Positions 55,920 to 64,000 of a stretch of DNA of 64,000 bases are shown one piece after another. Source of the stretch: a virus (Duplodnaviria > Heunggongvirae > Uroviricota > Caudoviricetes). The stretch's first letter is position 1; every line of letters begins with the position of its first letter. The notes beneath the pieces were generated by a model. The model searched no databases. It was not told the DNA's origin and saw only the letters and a list, made by a program, of their open reading frames with translations. The position numbers and the translations under genes are program-made. The stretch lies in IMG/VR virus record IMGVR_UViG_3300043399_000676. One strand, 5' to 3'.

Positions 55920-55943
55920 TATAAATACGCTCAGTATATTTAT
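55920..55943. promoter_or_regulatory. Face-to-face late promoters: TATAAATA (+, 55920-55927) and ATAAATA (-, 55937-55943)
   Basis: In the 87-bp gap between the divergent tape-measure and gp26-like genes. Confidence 0.7.
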
Positions 55944-55980
55944 GACCGTTTCGTGCGGTAAAATCTAAACAGGAGCACTT

Positions 55981-56811
55981 ATGCTAGATAATAACCCATT
56001 AAAACAATATTTTCGTAGACCGGCCCTTTACGTTAAGCTTCCAAGTGAAGGAAAGTACTACAACGCAAATATTGTCGATATGCCTGAAAATGGCGAACTT
56101 CCAGTTTATCCAATGACTGCGATTGATGAGATAACAAGTAAAACACCTGACGCCCTTTATAACGGAATGGCAATTGTCGAGATCATCAAGAGTTGTATTC
56201 CTTGCATCAAAGATCCTTGGCAGATTTCAAGTATGGATTTGGACGCATTGCTAATTGCTATTCGAATGGCTACAAATGGCAACGAAATGGATTTAGAAAG
56301 CACTTGCCCTAGTTGTACAGAAGAAAACAAGTATGGCTTAAACCTATCGCTTATTTTAGGAAGTTTGAAGCCTGGTGACTATACAGCAGAATTAAAGGTT
56401 GATGGATTGTCTATCAAGTATAGACCATTGACATATAAAGAAGCAAATCAGGGAAATACGGCTCAGATTGAAATGCAGCGAGTTCTCAACAATCTGGCAA
56501 CTCTTCAGGACGAAGATCAACGTACTAAGGCAAGTAGTGATGGTTTAAAAAAGATTAGTAAAATTAGTATGGAAATCGTTGCGAATACAGTTGAATCTAT
56601 TACATTGCCGGATGGTGTAAAAGTTGAAGACAAGAAGTATATTCTTGAGTTCTTAACCAACTGTGACAAAAAGACCTATGCTGCGGTTAGGGACTTTAGC
56701 GTTAAGCTAAGAGAAAGTACAGAAATAAAACCTTTACATTTCAAGTGTGCAGACTGCGGGCATGAGTATGATCAACCATTCACGTTGAATATTTCTGATT
56801 TTTTCGAATGA
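55981..56811 (+). CDS. gp26: Baseplate hub assembly/tail chaperone, T4 gp26-like
   Basis: LPS.G..Y, V.PMTA.DE, D.DALLIAIR.A..G, CPSC and CADC pairs, C-terminal DFF; AGGAG RBS. Confidence 0.7.
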   Translation: MLDNNPLKQYFRRPALYVKLPSEGKYYNANIVDMPENGELPVYPMTAIDEITSKTPDALYNGMAIVEIIKSCIPCIKDPWQISSMDLDALLIAIRMATNGNEMDLESTCPSCTEENKYGLNLSLILGSLKPGDYTAELKVDGLSIKYRPLTYKEANQGNTAQIEMQRVLNNLATLQDEDQRTKASSDGLKKISKISMEIVANTVESITLPDGVKVEDKKYILEFLTNCDKKTYAAVRDFSVKLRESTEIKPLHFKCADCGHEYDQPFTLNISDFFE

Positions 56812-57035
56812 GGCTTCTACACCTTGACAGCGAAGGTATTCAGAAGCTAATTTCAAGTATGGAAAAAGATTGTGAAATCATCAAGAGGACCGCACTAAAG
56901 TTCTCTTGGTATATGCGAGGTGGCGTATCCTATGAGGACATAATGAATATGTCTGCGTTTGAAAGGGAAGAAATAGGAAGAATCATAGATTCTAATATAG
57001 AAACTACCAAAAAGTCTGGGTTAAATTTCTTCTAA
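56808..57035 (+). CDS. Small tail-assembly partner protein (75 aa), overlapping gp26-like in the -1 frame
   Basis: WYMRGG.SY...MNMS..ER..I pattern; ATGA overlap; slippery T TTT TTC at 56799-56805. Confidence 0.7.
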   Translation: MRLLHLDSEGIQKLISSMEKDCEIIKRTALKFSWYMRGGVSYEDIMNMSAFEREEIGRIIDSNIETTKKSGLNFF

Positions 57036-57043
57036 AGTACAAC

Positions 57044-57050
57044 ATAAATA
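57044..57050 (+). promoter_or_regulatory. Late promoter box ATAAATA, 6 nt upstream of the portal ATG
   Basis: ATAAATA-ctgatt-ATG. Confidence 0.7.
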
Positions 57051-57056
57051 CTGATT

Positions 57057-58856
57057 ATGACATATAAGAAACAGTTTAGAAACCCAAATCCTTCGGGAAC
57101 TATGAGTCCCATATCAGGCTCTAATTCCAATTCTGGTGCTTGGAACAGCGCGGGAATGAACAACGAAGTAACTGGTGGTTGGAAAAATTACGAGTTTGGT
57201 TATAAAAATTATCAGTCAAGATTGCCTGAGGTTTATACTGGACACCCCAACAGGATTACTCGTTATAATCAATATGAAATGATGGATGTTGATGCAGAGA
57301 TATGCGCCTGCCTAGATATTATCGCTGAGTTTAGTACACAAACTAACGAACAAAATAATACTCCTTTTGAGATAAATTGGCATGAACAGCCAACTCCAAA
57401 TGAAGTTGAGTTAGTAAAAAAGCAATTGCAACAATGGTGTAAACTTAATGAATTAGATACAAGAACGTTTAAGATTTTTAGAAATGTTTTAAAGTACGGT
57501 GATCAAGTGTTCATTCGTGATCCAGAAAACTTTAAGCTTTATTGGGTTGATATGACAAAGGTAACAAAGGTCATTGTCAACGAAAGTAAAGGTAAAGAAC
57601 CAGAGCAATATGTTATTAAAGATATTAACATAAATTTAGAAAACTTGAGCGTGGCAGAAAAAACTACTACAGATTTCCAAGCTCAACCTCCCACAGCAGG
57701 CTATTCTGCACCTTACAGTTATACTGTTCCTAATGAACCATATGGAACTACTGGCAGTAGATTTAGCTTAGGCGTAAATGAAGCAGCAATCGATGCAAAA
57801 CATATTGTTCATCTAAGTCTTACTGAGGGATTAGATAGATATTGGCCCTTTGGACAATCGATCTTAGAAAACATTTTCAAAGTATACAAGCAAAAAGAAC
57901 TACTAGAAGATGCAATTCTGATTTATCGTGTACAACGTGCCCCGGAGCGAAGAATATTTAAGATCGACGTTGGCAACATGCCTACTCATATGGCAATGGC
58001 ATTTGTTGACAGAATTAAAAATGAAATTCATCAACGAAGGATTCCAAGTGTTCAAGGCGGGCAAAGTGTTTTGGATGCAACATATAATCCTTTGTCTATT
58101 ATGGAAGATTACTTTTTCCCTCAGAATTCTGAAGGAAAAGGTTCGACAGTTGATGTGCTGCCAGGTGGACAAAATCTAGGTGAGATTGACGATCTGAAGT
58201 ACTTCAACAATAGGCTAGCAAGAGGATTAAGAGTACCTAGCTCATATCTACCGACTGGTCCAGACGATGCACAAACTCCTTTGAGTGATGGGCGTGTTGG
58301 TACAGCGATGATACAGGAATTTAGATTCAATCAGTATTGCGAGCGTCTACAGAAGTATGTTTGTCAAAAGTTAGATGACGAATTTAAGTTGTTCATGAGA
58401 TGGAGAGGATTAAATGTCGATTCAAGTTTATTCGATATTAAATTTAACCCTCCTCAAAATTTTGCAGCTTACAGACAGAGTGAATTAGATAAAGATCGCG
58501 TTTCAACCTTTCAAGCAATTGAAGCATTGCCTTACATTAGTAAAAGATTTGCAATGAAAAGGTTCTTGGGATTAACTGAAGAAGAGATTGAAGAAAACTC
58601 AACTCTTTGGCATGAAGAACGTTCTGAACCTGAAGATTCTCAAGTTACCGGCAGTGATCTTAGAAACGTCGGTATTGGTATCGGTGATCTTGAATCAGAT
58701 ATCCAAGCTGGTGAAGAAATTCCACCTGAAGGGGCGGAAGGTATGGAAGGAATGCCTCCTGAAATGACAGCACCTGTTGCAGGTCCTGAAGGAGGAGCTG
58801 GTATGCCGGCGCCTGGTGGAGGAGCACCGGCAGGTGGTCCAGGATTGGGAATGTAA
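57057..58856 (+). CDS. gp20: Portal vertex protein, T4 gp20-like
   Basis: LLEDAILIYR..RAPERRIF.IDVGNMP, EDYFFP...G.GS.V..LPGGQNLGEIDD..YF...L.R.L.VP.S motifs. Confidence 0.95.
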   Translation: MTYKKQFRNPNPSGTMSPISGSNSNSGAWNSAGMNNEVTGGWKNYEFGYKNYQSRLPEVYTGHPNRITRYNQYEMMDVDAEICACLDIIAEFSTQTNEQNNTPFEINWHEQPTPNEVELVKKQLQQWCKLNELDTRTFKIFRNVLKYGDQVFIRDPENFKLYWVDMTKVTKVIVNESKGKEPEQYVIKDININLENLSVAEKTTTDFQAQPPTAGYSAPYSYTVPNEPYGTTGSRFSLGVNEAAIDAKHIVHLSLTEGLDRYWPFGQSILENIFKVYKQKELLEDAILIYRVQRAPERRIFKIDVGNMPTHMAMAFVDRIKNEIHQRRIPSVQGGQSVLDATYNPLSIMEDYFFPQNSEGKGSTVDVLPGGQNLGEIDDLKYFNNRLARGLRVPSSYLPTGPDDAQTPLSDGRVGTAMIQEFRFNQYCERLQKYVCQKLDDEFKLFMRWRGLNVDSSLFDIKFNPPQNFAAYRQSELDKDRVSTFQAIEALPYISKRFAMKRFLGLTEEEIEENSTLWHEERSEPEDSQVTGSDLRNVGIGIGDLESDIQAGEEIPPEGAEGMEGMPPEMTAPVAGPEGGAGMPAPGGGAPAGGPGLGM

Positions 58857-58859
58857 AGA

Positions 58860-58866
58860 ATAAATA
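58860..58866 (+). promoter_or_regulatory. Late promoter box ATAAATA
   Basis: Intergenic, upstream of the 58885 start. Confidence 0.65.
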
Positions 58867-58884
58867 GTTAATAGGAATAAAATC

Positions 58885-59109
58885 GTGAAACTATTTGAAC
58901 TTTATGATCGAGCTATCCCTGGTTATCAAGACTTGGAAGATGATAACAGTAAACCAACTTGGAGAGAACTTAGAAAAACCAAGTTGACTTTGCGTCAAAT
59001 AAGAAAGCTTCGAAAAATGCAGGATGTAAGATCGTTTGAAAAAGCAGAAAATCTCAAACGGGTTCGAAAACAATACAAGCCTGCTGATCAATCACAACCA
59101 ATGATGTAA
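58885..59109 (+). CDS. Small basic head-assembly protein (74 aa, GTG start)
   Basis: AGGA RBS; RKTKLTL.QI.KLR.M pattern; between portal and scaffold genes. Confidence 0.7.
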   Translation: MKLFELYDRAIPGYQDLEDDNSKPTWRELRKTKLTLRQIRKLRKMQDVRSFEKAENLKRVRKQYKPADQSQPMM

Positions 59110-59143
59110 TCTCTAGCATTTTTGATGCTAGCTTGTCAAAACA

Positions 59144-59178
59144 CGCAAAAAATAGCACTTATTTGGCTATTTTTTGCG
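59144..59178. terminator. Inverted repeat, possible terminator or processing hairpin
   Basis: CGCAAAAAATAGC-9 nt-GCTATTTTTTGCG. Confidence 0.5.
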
Positions 59179-59184
59179 GTGCCA

Positions 59185-59192
59185 TATAAATA
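59185..59192 (+). promoter_or_regulatory. Late promoter TATAAATA
   Basis: Exact T4 late consensus upstream of the scaffold-protease-capsid genes. Confidence 0.75.
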
Positions 59193-59228
59193 ACTCTATA
59201 AAGCCATTTACATTTAGGAGAAATCACA

Positions 59229-60143
59229 ATGGATAACAGGAAATTTGAAAAGCTTATTGATTTAATTATCAATGAGAATGAAGAACAAGCCCGTGAACTT
59301 TTTCACGAAATCGTGGTAGAAAAGTCAAGACAAATCTATGAATCATTGATGGACGAAGAAGATGAATCAATGAGTATGCTTGATGAAATTGGAGCAGACT
59401 TAGATGTCGAGCAAAGTGGCGGAACATTTGAGGATGACGAAGACATGGATATGCCTTTGAGTGATGAGGACGATGGATTTGCTGATGATGAAGAAATTGA
59501 TCTTGACGCAGATGAGTTAGATGACATGTCTGATGATGAGGAACTCGAGGATCGTGTTGTTGATCTAGAAGAAAAACTTGATCAACTTATGGCTGAATTT
59601 GAAGAGCTAATGGATCAAGATGATGACATGGGCGACGAAGACATGGACGACGAAGACATGGACATGGGCGACGAAGACATGGAAGACGAAGACATGGAAG
59701 ACGAAGACATGGACATGGACATGGACGACGAAGACATGGACATGGAAGACGAAGACATGGAAGACGATGAAGATTCGTTAGATGAATCTGTTCAACTTCA
59801 AACAGTAAAGAAAGTTTCACACGGTGACAATGGTGCTTATACAACAAGTCCAACACTAACCAAGCCAAGAGTCGTTGCAACTGGCGCAAAGCCAACTGCA
59901 ATGGGGCAAGCAGGTGAATCTGTTCCAACTTCAGCTAAAGCTGCTAACAACTATGCAACTAAAGGGCAAGGTCAACTTAAGGGTGCAGGACAATTTAAAA
60001 ACGCACCAGGACATAAAGGGCAAGACTTGTCAGCCGCTCCAAAGGCAAAGACTTCACAAGAGTCAGGTGTAAATACTAAGAGCCCTGTTGCAGAGTCTAG
60101 AAGAAGAGCACTTAAGCAACAGTTTGGTGCAAAGAGAAAATAA
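59229..60143 (+). CDS. Highly acidic prohead core/scaffold-like protein (304 aa)
   Basis: Asp/Glu/Met-rich centre with a basic C-terminus; between portal and protease (gp67/gp68-like position); AGGAG RBS. Confidence 0.7.
   Translation: MDNRKFEKLIDLIINENEEQARELFHEIVVEKSRQIYESLMDEEDESMSMLDEIGADLDVEQSGGTFEDDEDMDMPLSDEDDGFADDEEIDLDADELDDMSDDEELEDRVVDLEEKLDQLMAEFEELMDQDDDMGDEDMDDEDMDMGDEDMEDEDMEDEDMDMDMDDEDMDMEDEDMEDDEDSLDESVQLQTVKKVSHGDNGAYTTSPTLTKPRVVATGAKPTAMGQAGESVPTSAKAANNYATKGQGQLKGAGQFKNAPGHKGQDLSAAPKAKTSQESGVNTKSPVAESRRRALKQQFGAKRK
59622..59770 (+). repeat. Coding microsatellite-like tract (GACGAAGACATG / GACATG units; DEDM repeats)
   Basis: Directly visible tandem units. Confidence 0.85.
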
Positions 60144-60197
60144 GGTTTCCGAGGTAAATGGCTTTTATTTTTGTGAATATAGAGATAACGGGGGATT

Positions 60198-60854
60198 TTG
60201 AAAATGTATAATAAACGAGTATTGTGTGAGTTCATAAGCCCCCGTGTTTTCTCCGGCATTACCGAGTCTGAAGAAATAGAAGTCAATGGTAAAAAAGAGA
60301 AAAATCTCTATCTAAAGGGAATCTTTATTCAAGGCGATGTTTTAAATGCAAATCAAAGAATATACCCGTCAAGGGAAATTGAAAAAGCAGTTCAAAGCAT
60401 CAGGGAACAAATAAAAGGAGACTACTCAATCTTAGGTGAAGCAGATCATCCAGATGATTTAAAGATCAACCTTGATCGCGTGAGTCATGTCATAACTGAT
60501 ATGTGGATGGATGGTTCAAATGGATTGGGTAAACTTAAAGTTCTACCAACTCCAATGGGTCAGATTATTAAGACAATGTTGGAGAGTGGTGTAAAATTGG
60601 GAGTTAGTAGCAGGGGAAGCGGAAACGTCGATGATGCTACTGGTAAAGTTAGTGACTTTGAAATCGTCACAGTGGATGTCGTTGCACAACCAAGTGCACC
60701 AAATGCCTATCCTACTGCTGTATATGAAGGCATGTTTAACATGCGTCATGGCCACAAAATGATTGAATTGGCAGAAGAGGCAAGAAACGACAAAAGGGTA
60801 CAGAGGTATCTAAAAGACGAAGTGGTTCGTCTGATTAAGGATCTCAAAATTTAA
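60198..60854 (+). CDS. gp21: Prohead protease, T4 gp21-like (start 60198 TTG or 60204 ATG)
   Basis: GIFIQ....N.N.R.Y, GEADHP, RVSH, LGVSSRGSG, DVVA.PSAP.A motifs. Confidence 0.93.
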   Translation: MKMYNKRVLCEFISPRVFSGITESEEIEVNGKKEKNLYLKGIFIQGDVLNANQRIYPSREIEKAVQSIREQIKGDYSILGEADHPDDLKINLDRVSHVITDMWMDGSNGLGKLKVLPTPMGQIIKTMLESGVKLGVSSRGSGNVDDATGKVSDFEIVTVDVVAQPSAPNAYPTAVYEGMFNMRHGHKMIELAEEARNDKRVQRYLKDEVVRLIKDLKI

Positions 60855-60862
60855 AGGGAGTA

Positions 60863-61975
60863 ATGCATAAAATGCTAGAAGCCATAAAACCACTCCTTGA
60901 TCGCGGTATCATCAATGAAGAAACCAGCATCGCCATAAACGAAGCATGGGAATCTAAGTTAAACGAGGCCCGCGAGCAAGTTCGTGCTGAACTTCGTGAG
61001 GAGTTTGCACAAAAGTATGAACACGATAAAAACGTGATGGTCGAAGCCCTTGATAAAATGGTAACTGCAAGCCTTCAGTCTGAAATCGAAGAATTTACGA
61101 TTGAAAAGCAAGCTATGAATGAAGACCGTGTTAAAGCACAAAAGAAATTGCGTGAAAGCGCCGCAAAATTTAATAACTTCCTAGTCACAAAACTAGCAGA
61201 AGAAATCAAAGAGTTGCGTTCTGATCGTGCAATTCAAACCGAAAGTCAAAAGAAATTGGAAGGATTCGTTGTGCATTCTCTTGCAAAAGAAATCAATGAA
61301 TTTAGCCAAGACAAAAGGGCTGTCGTTGAAGCTAAGGTCAAACTAGTAGCAGAGGGCAAGAAGCAACTACAGAAGTTAAAACAAAAGTTTGTTGCAGAAA
61401 GCGCAGAAAGATTGAATTCAGTTATCACTAGTCATCTAAAGGGTGAAATTCGTCAGCTAAAAGAAGATATTACCGCATCTCGTAAGAGCGAGTTTGGTCG
61501 TCGTATTTTTGAATCTTTTGCGAGCGAATATAGTTCAACTTACCTAAATGATAAAGTTGAAATGCGTAAGCTAGTTAATCAGCTTAAGCTAAAAAATAAA
61601 CAGATTGCTGAAGCCATAAAAGCAGCTAACCATGCACAAAAATTGGTTGAAAGTAAAGAACGTGAAGTCAGAATCATTAAAGAGTCCAATCTCCGTGAAA
61701 AGAAACTAGCAGAACTGCTAGGTAATCTAAACGAAGAAAAAGCTAGAGTGATGAAAGACTTACTAGAAAGCGTCCAGACCCCTCGTCTACAGGCCGCTTT
61801 CGATAAATATCTTCCAGCAGTACTAAACAATGCACCAGCAGAGAAAAGGGGTAAAACCGCTCTAACTGAGAGCAAGCAAGTTATTACTGGAGATAAGACT
61901 GCCGTTAAACCACAGGTTGAAGTCGAAGAACGAGATAACGTTATTGAGATAAAACGCTTGGCAGGGCTGAATTAA
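60863..61975 (+). CDS. gp22: Prohead core scaffold protein, T4 gp22-like
   Basis: Long coiled coil, GRRIFE.FA.E motif; between protease and major capsid genes. Confidence 0.8.
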   Translation: MHKMLEAIKPLLDRGIINEETSIAINEAWESKLNEAREQVRAELREEFAQKYEHDKNVMVEALDKMVTASLQSEIEEFTIEKQAMNEDRVKAQKKLRESAAKFNNFLVTKLAEEIKELRSDRAIQTESQKKLEGFVVHSLAKEINEFSQDKRAVVEAKVKLVAEGKKQLQKLKQKFVAESAERLNSVITSHLKGEIRQLKEDITASRKSEFGRRIFESFASEYSSTYLNDKVEMRKLVNQLKLKNKQIAEAIKAANHAQKLVESKEREVRIIKESNLREKKLAELLGNLNEEKARVMKDLLESVQTPRLQAAFDKYLPAVLNNAPAEKRGKTALTESKQVITGDKTAVKPQVEVEERDNVIEIKRLAGLN

Positions 61976-62005
61976 AAACGACATATATATAGGAGAAAAC
62001 AAAAA

Positions 62006-63205
62006 ATGTCAAAAGTTCTATTAGAAAGCCGTTGGGGCGAAACCAAAGAAGCTCTGTTGGAAGGCCTCAAAGGTACTCGTCGCTCAACAATGGGTGTTAT
62101 TCTTGAAAACACTCGCAAAACTCTGTTGCAAGAAAGCTCAGCCGGTACAACTACCGCTGGTAACATTGCAACTCTAAATCGCGTGATTCTACCAGTAATC
62201 CGTCGTGTCATGCCAACAGTTATCGCTAACGAGTTGGTCGGCGTTCAGCCAATGACCGGTCCAGTTGGTCAGATTCACACATTGCGTGTTCGTTATGCTA
62301 ATAGCTTAAACGACACTAGTGCAGCACAAACCAGTGTTACAGCAGGTGAAGAAGCTCTAAGCCCATTCAAAATTGCTCAGGCTTATTCAACCAAAGCTTT
62401 ACTAGATAACACACCAGCAACTAGCTACACTGGTGCTAATACTGCTTCTCTAGAAGGCAATGGTGGTAAGCAGATCAGCGTGCAAATCTTGAGACAGGCT
62501 GTTGAAGCTAAGAGTCGTAAGTTACAAGCTCGCTGGACATTCGAAGCCGCTCAAGACGCACAGTCACAGCATGGTATCGACGTTGAAGCAGAAATCATGG
62601 CTGCTTTAGCTCAAGAGATCACTGCTGAAATTGACCAAGAAATCCTCTTGTCCTTGCGTACACTTGCAACAACTGAAGCAGTTTACGATCAAGCAGCCGT
62701 TAGCGGTACTGCTACTTACGTTGGTGACGAACACGCTGCACTAGCAGTTCTAATCAATCGTGTTGCAAACTTGATCGCTCAACGTACTCGTCGTGGTGCT
62801 GGTAACTGGTGTGTTGTTTCACCGGCTGCTCTAACAGTTCTACAGAGTGCAACAACTTCGGCTTTTGCTCGCACAACAGAAGGCACTTTCGAAGCCCCAA
62901 CTAACACCAAGTTCGTTGGTACGCTAAACGGTGCAATGCGTGTGTTCGTAGACAGCTATGCAACTGATGACAAGCCAGTTCTAGTTGGATACAAAGGCTC
63001 AAGCGAGACAGATGCAGCAGCATTCTATTGCCCATACATTCCATTGATGAGCAGTGGTGTTGTTCTAGATCCAAATACGTTCGAACCAGTCGTATCATTC
63101 ATGACACGTTATGGTTACATCGAACTAACAAACACAGCATCATCGTTCGGTAATGCTGCTGACTATTTGGGTGAAGTCACTCTACAACATCTATCATTCC
63201 AGTAA
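62006..63205 (+). CDS. gp23: Major capsid protein, T4 gp23-like
   Basis: P.IRRVMP..IA..LVGVQPMTGP.GQI..LR.RY, VEAKSRKL.A.WT.E.AQD....HG.D.E.E, FYCPYIPL, TRYG; AGGAG RBS. Confidence 0.97.
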   Translation: MSKVLLESRWGETKEALLEGLKGTRRSTMGVILENTRKTLLQESSAGTTTAGNIATLNRVILPVIRRVMPTVIANELVGVQPMTGPVGQIHTLRVRYANSLNDTSAAQTSVTAGEEALSPFKIAQAYSTKALLDNTPATSYTGANTASLEGNGGKQISVQILRQAVEAKSRKLQARWTFEAAQDAQSQHGIDVEAEIMAALAQEITAEIDQEILLSLRTLATTEAVYDQAAVSGTATYVGDEHAALAVLINRVANLIAQRTRRGAGNWCVVSPAALTVLQSATTSAFARTTEGTFEAPTNTKFVGTLNGAMRVFVDSYATDDKPVLVGYKGSSETDAAAFYCPYIPLMSSGVVLDPNTFEPVVSFMTRYGYIELTNTASSFGNAADYLGEVTLQHLSFQ

Positions 63206-63225
63206 AAAGGTGATAGTTTAAATAT

Positions 63226-63251
63226 AAAAAGGGCGCTTAGGCGCCCTTTTT
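63226..63251 (+). terminator. Rho-independent (bidirectional-type) terminator after the capsid gene
   Basis: AAAAAGGGCGC-TTAG-GCGCCCTTTTT. Confidence 0.85.
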
Positions 63252-63274
63252 ATTGGAAAAATACCTTCGTTTAG

Positions 63275-63281
63275 ATAAATA
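63275..63281 (+). promoter_or_regulatory. Late promoter box ATAAATA
   Basis: Upstream of ATG 63303. Confidence 0.65.
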
Positions 63282-63302
63282 TAGAAATACATGGATTAAA
63301 CT

Positions 63303-64000
63303 ATGAACTCAAAACCTTCAAATAACGAACAACAAGTAGATGAAGCTATGCCAATGGGTGTTTTCAAGAGGGCAGGCAACAAGCTACTTTCTAAGTTACC
63401 CACTTTTGCCCCAAACAAAGCAGGAGCCGCACAAGGTAGATTAGAAACTGGAAAGCTTGCAAATAAAATAATGCCTGCATACAAAAGGCATTTAGGTCAA
63501 ATAGGTGAAGAACCTACCCCAGAGAATATTATAAAGTTTCTTCGACTTGCAGGTCTTCCTACCACTAAGGCAAGCTCAGTACTAAGCTCACTAACAGCCG
63601 AGCCGGCTAGTCCCGCAGCTTCAGTCGGTGCAGATGCACCTGCTCCAACTCCAGCACCCGCTCCAGCACCTGCTCCAACTACTGCAACAGAGTCTGTAAG
63701 AAACATTCTCAACAAGTTGAATGAAGTTGAATCTGCTCCTAAACTATCTGAGAAACAAATAGCTCAAGTTTTTCTTGCTGCTGCTCAAGAACACGCTTCG
63801 TTAAAGGCAGACGCAGAAGCACAACGAGCATTTTCAGGTAATAGAACAGCACCCGCACCTGCACCAAGTCCTGCACCTGCATCAGGTAGTGCACCTGCAC
63901 CAAGTCCTGCACCTGCATCAGGTAGTGCACCTGCACCAAGTCCTGCACCTGCATCAGGTAGTGCACCTGCACCAAGTCCTGCACCTGCATCAGGTAGTGC
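63303..64000 (+). CDS. Partial Pro/Ala-rich protein (MNSKPSNNEQQVDEAMPMGVFKRAG...), possibly an internal head protein; runs off the window
   Basis: Hand-translated, open from 63303 to the window end; absent from the track because it has no stop; late promoter upstream. Confidence 0.75.
   Translation, partial: MNSKPSNNEQQVDEAMPMGVFKRAGNKLLSKLPTFAPNKAGAAQGRLETGKLANKIMPAYKRHLGQIGEEPTPENIIKFLRLAGLPTTKASSVLSSLTAEPASPAASVGADAPAPTPAPAPAPAPTTATESVRNILNKLNEVESAPKLSEKQIAQVFLAAAQEHASLKADAEAQRAFSGNRTAPAPAPSPAPASGSAPAPSPAPASGSAPAPSPAPASGSAPAPSPAPASGS
63855..64000 (+). repeat. Perfect 36-bp coding tandem repeat (APAPSPAPASGS)n, at least 4 copies
   Basis: gcacctgcaccaagtcctgcacctgcatcaggtagt repeated without spacers up to the window edge. 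Confidence 0.92.

Noticed and set aside
63855-64000. 36-bp repeats as a CRISPR array
   Set aside because: Units are contiguous with no unique spacers, are in frame in a Pro/Ala ORF, and no cas genes are present.
1-64000. Stop-codon reassignment, as in some large phages
   Set aside because: Very long ORFs and dense gene packing are obtained with the standard code, and no recognisable gene is broken by in-frame stops.

Overview
This window is part of a large, AT-rich T4-related (probably jumbo) myophage genome and uses the standard genetic code. Bases 1-43.2 kb are a minus-strand tail-fibre/baseplate operon: a 4447-aa Calx-beta-like repeat fibre/adhesin, a 5574-aa wedge-type protein, and gp6-, gp25-, gp5-, hub-, gp53- and gp48/54-like genes. 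Next come a free-standing GIY-YIG/NUMOD3 endonuclease and a plus-strand block (gp55-like late sigma factor, gp47/gp46 nuclease, resolvase-like nuclease). A 613-bp ORF-free, highly structured interval follows, then a 2188-aa tape-measure-like protein with two cell-wall hydrolase domains, a gp26-like chaperone pair, and the head module (portal, scaffolds, protease, major capsid). ATAAATA late-promoter boxes precede many structural genes. The best candidates for new biology are: (1) a probable ~440-nt multi-stem, possibly pseudoknotted ncRNA at 48.7-49.2 kb, followed by hairpins with ssDNA-type tandem G.A pairs; (2) a -1 slippery site that would fuse the gp26-like ORF to the next ORF; (3) a structured 5' leader on the homing endonuclease; (4) apparently leaderless transcripts. 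All product calls come from motif recognition and synteny by eye; no searches or folding programs were run.
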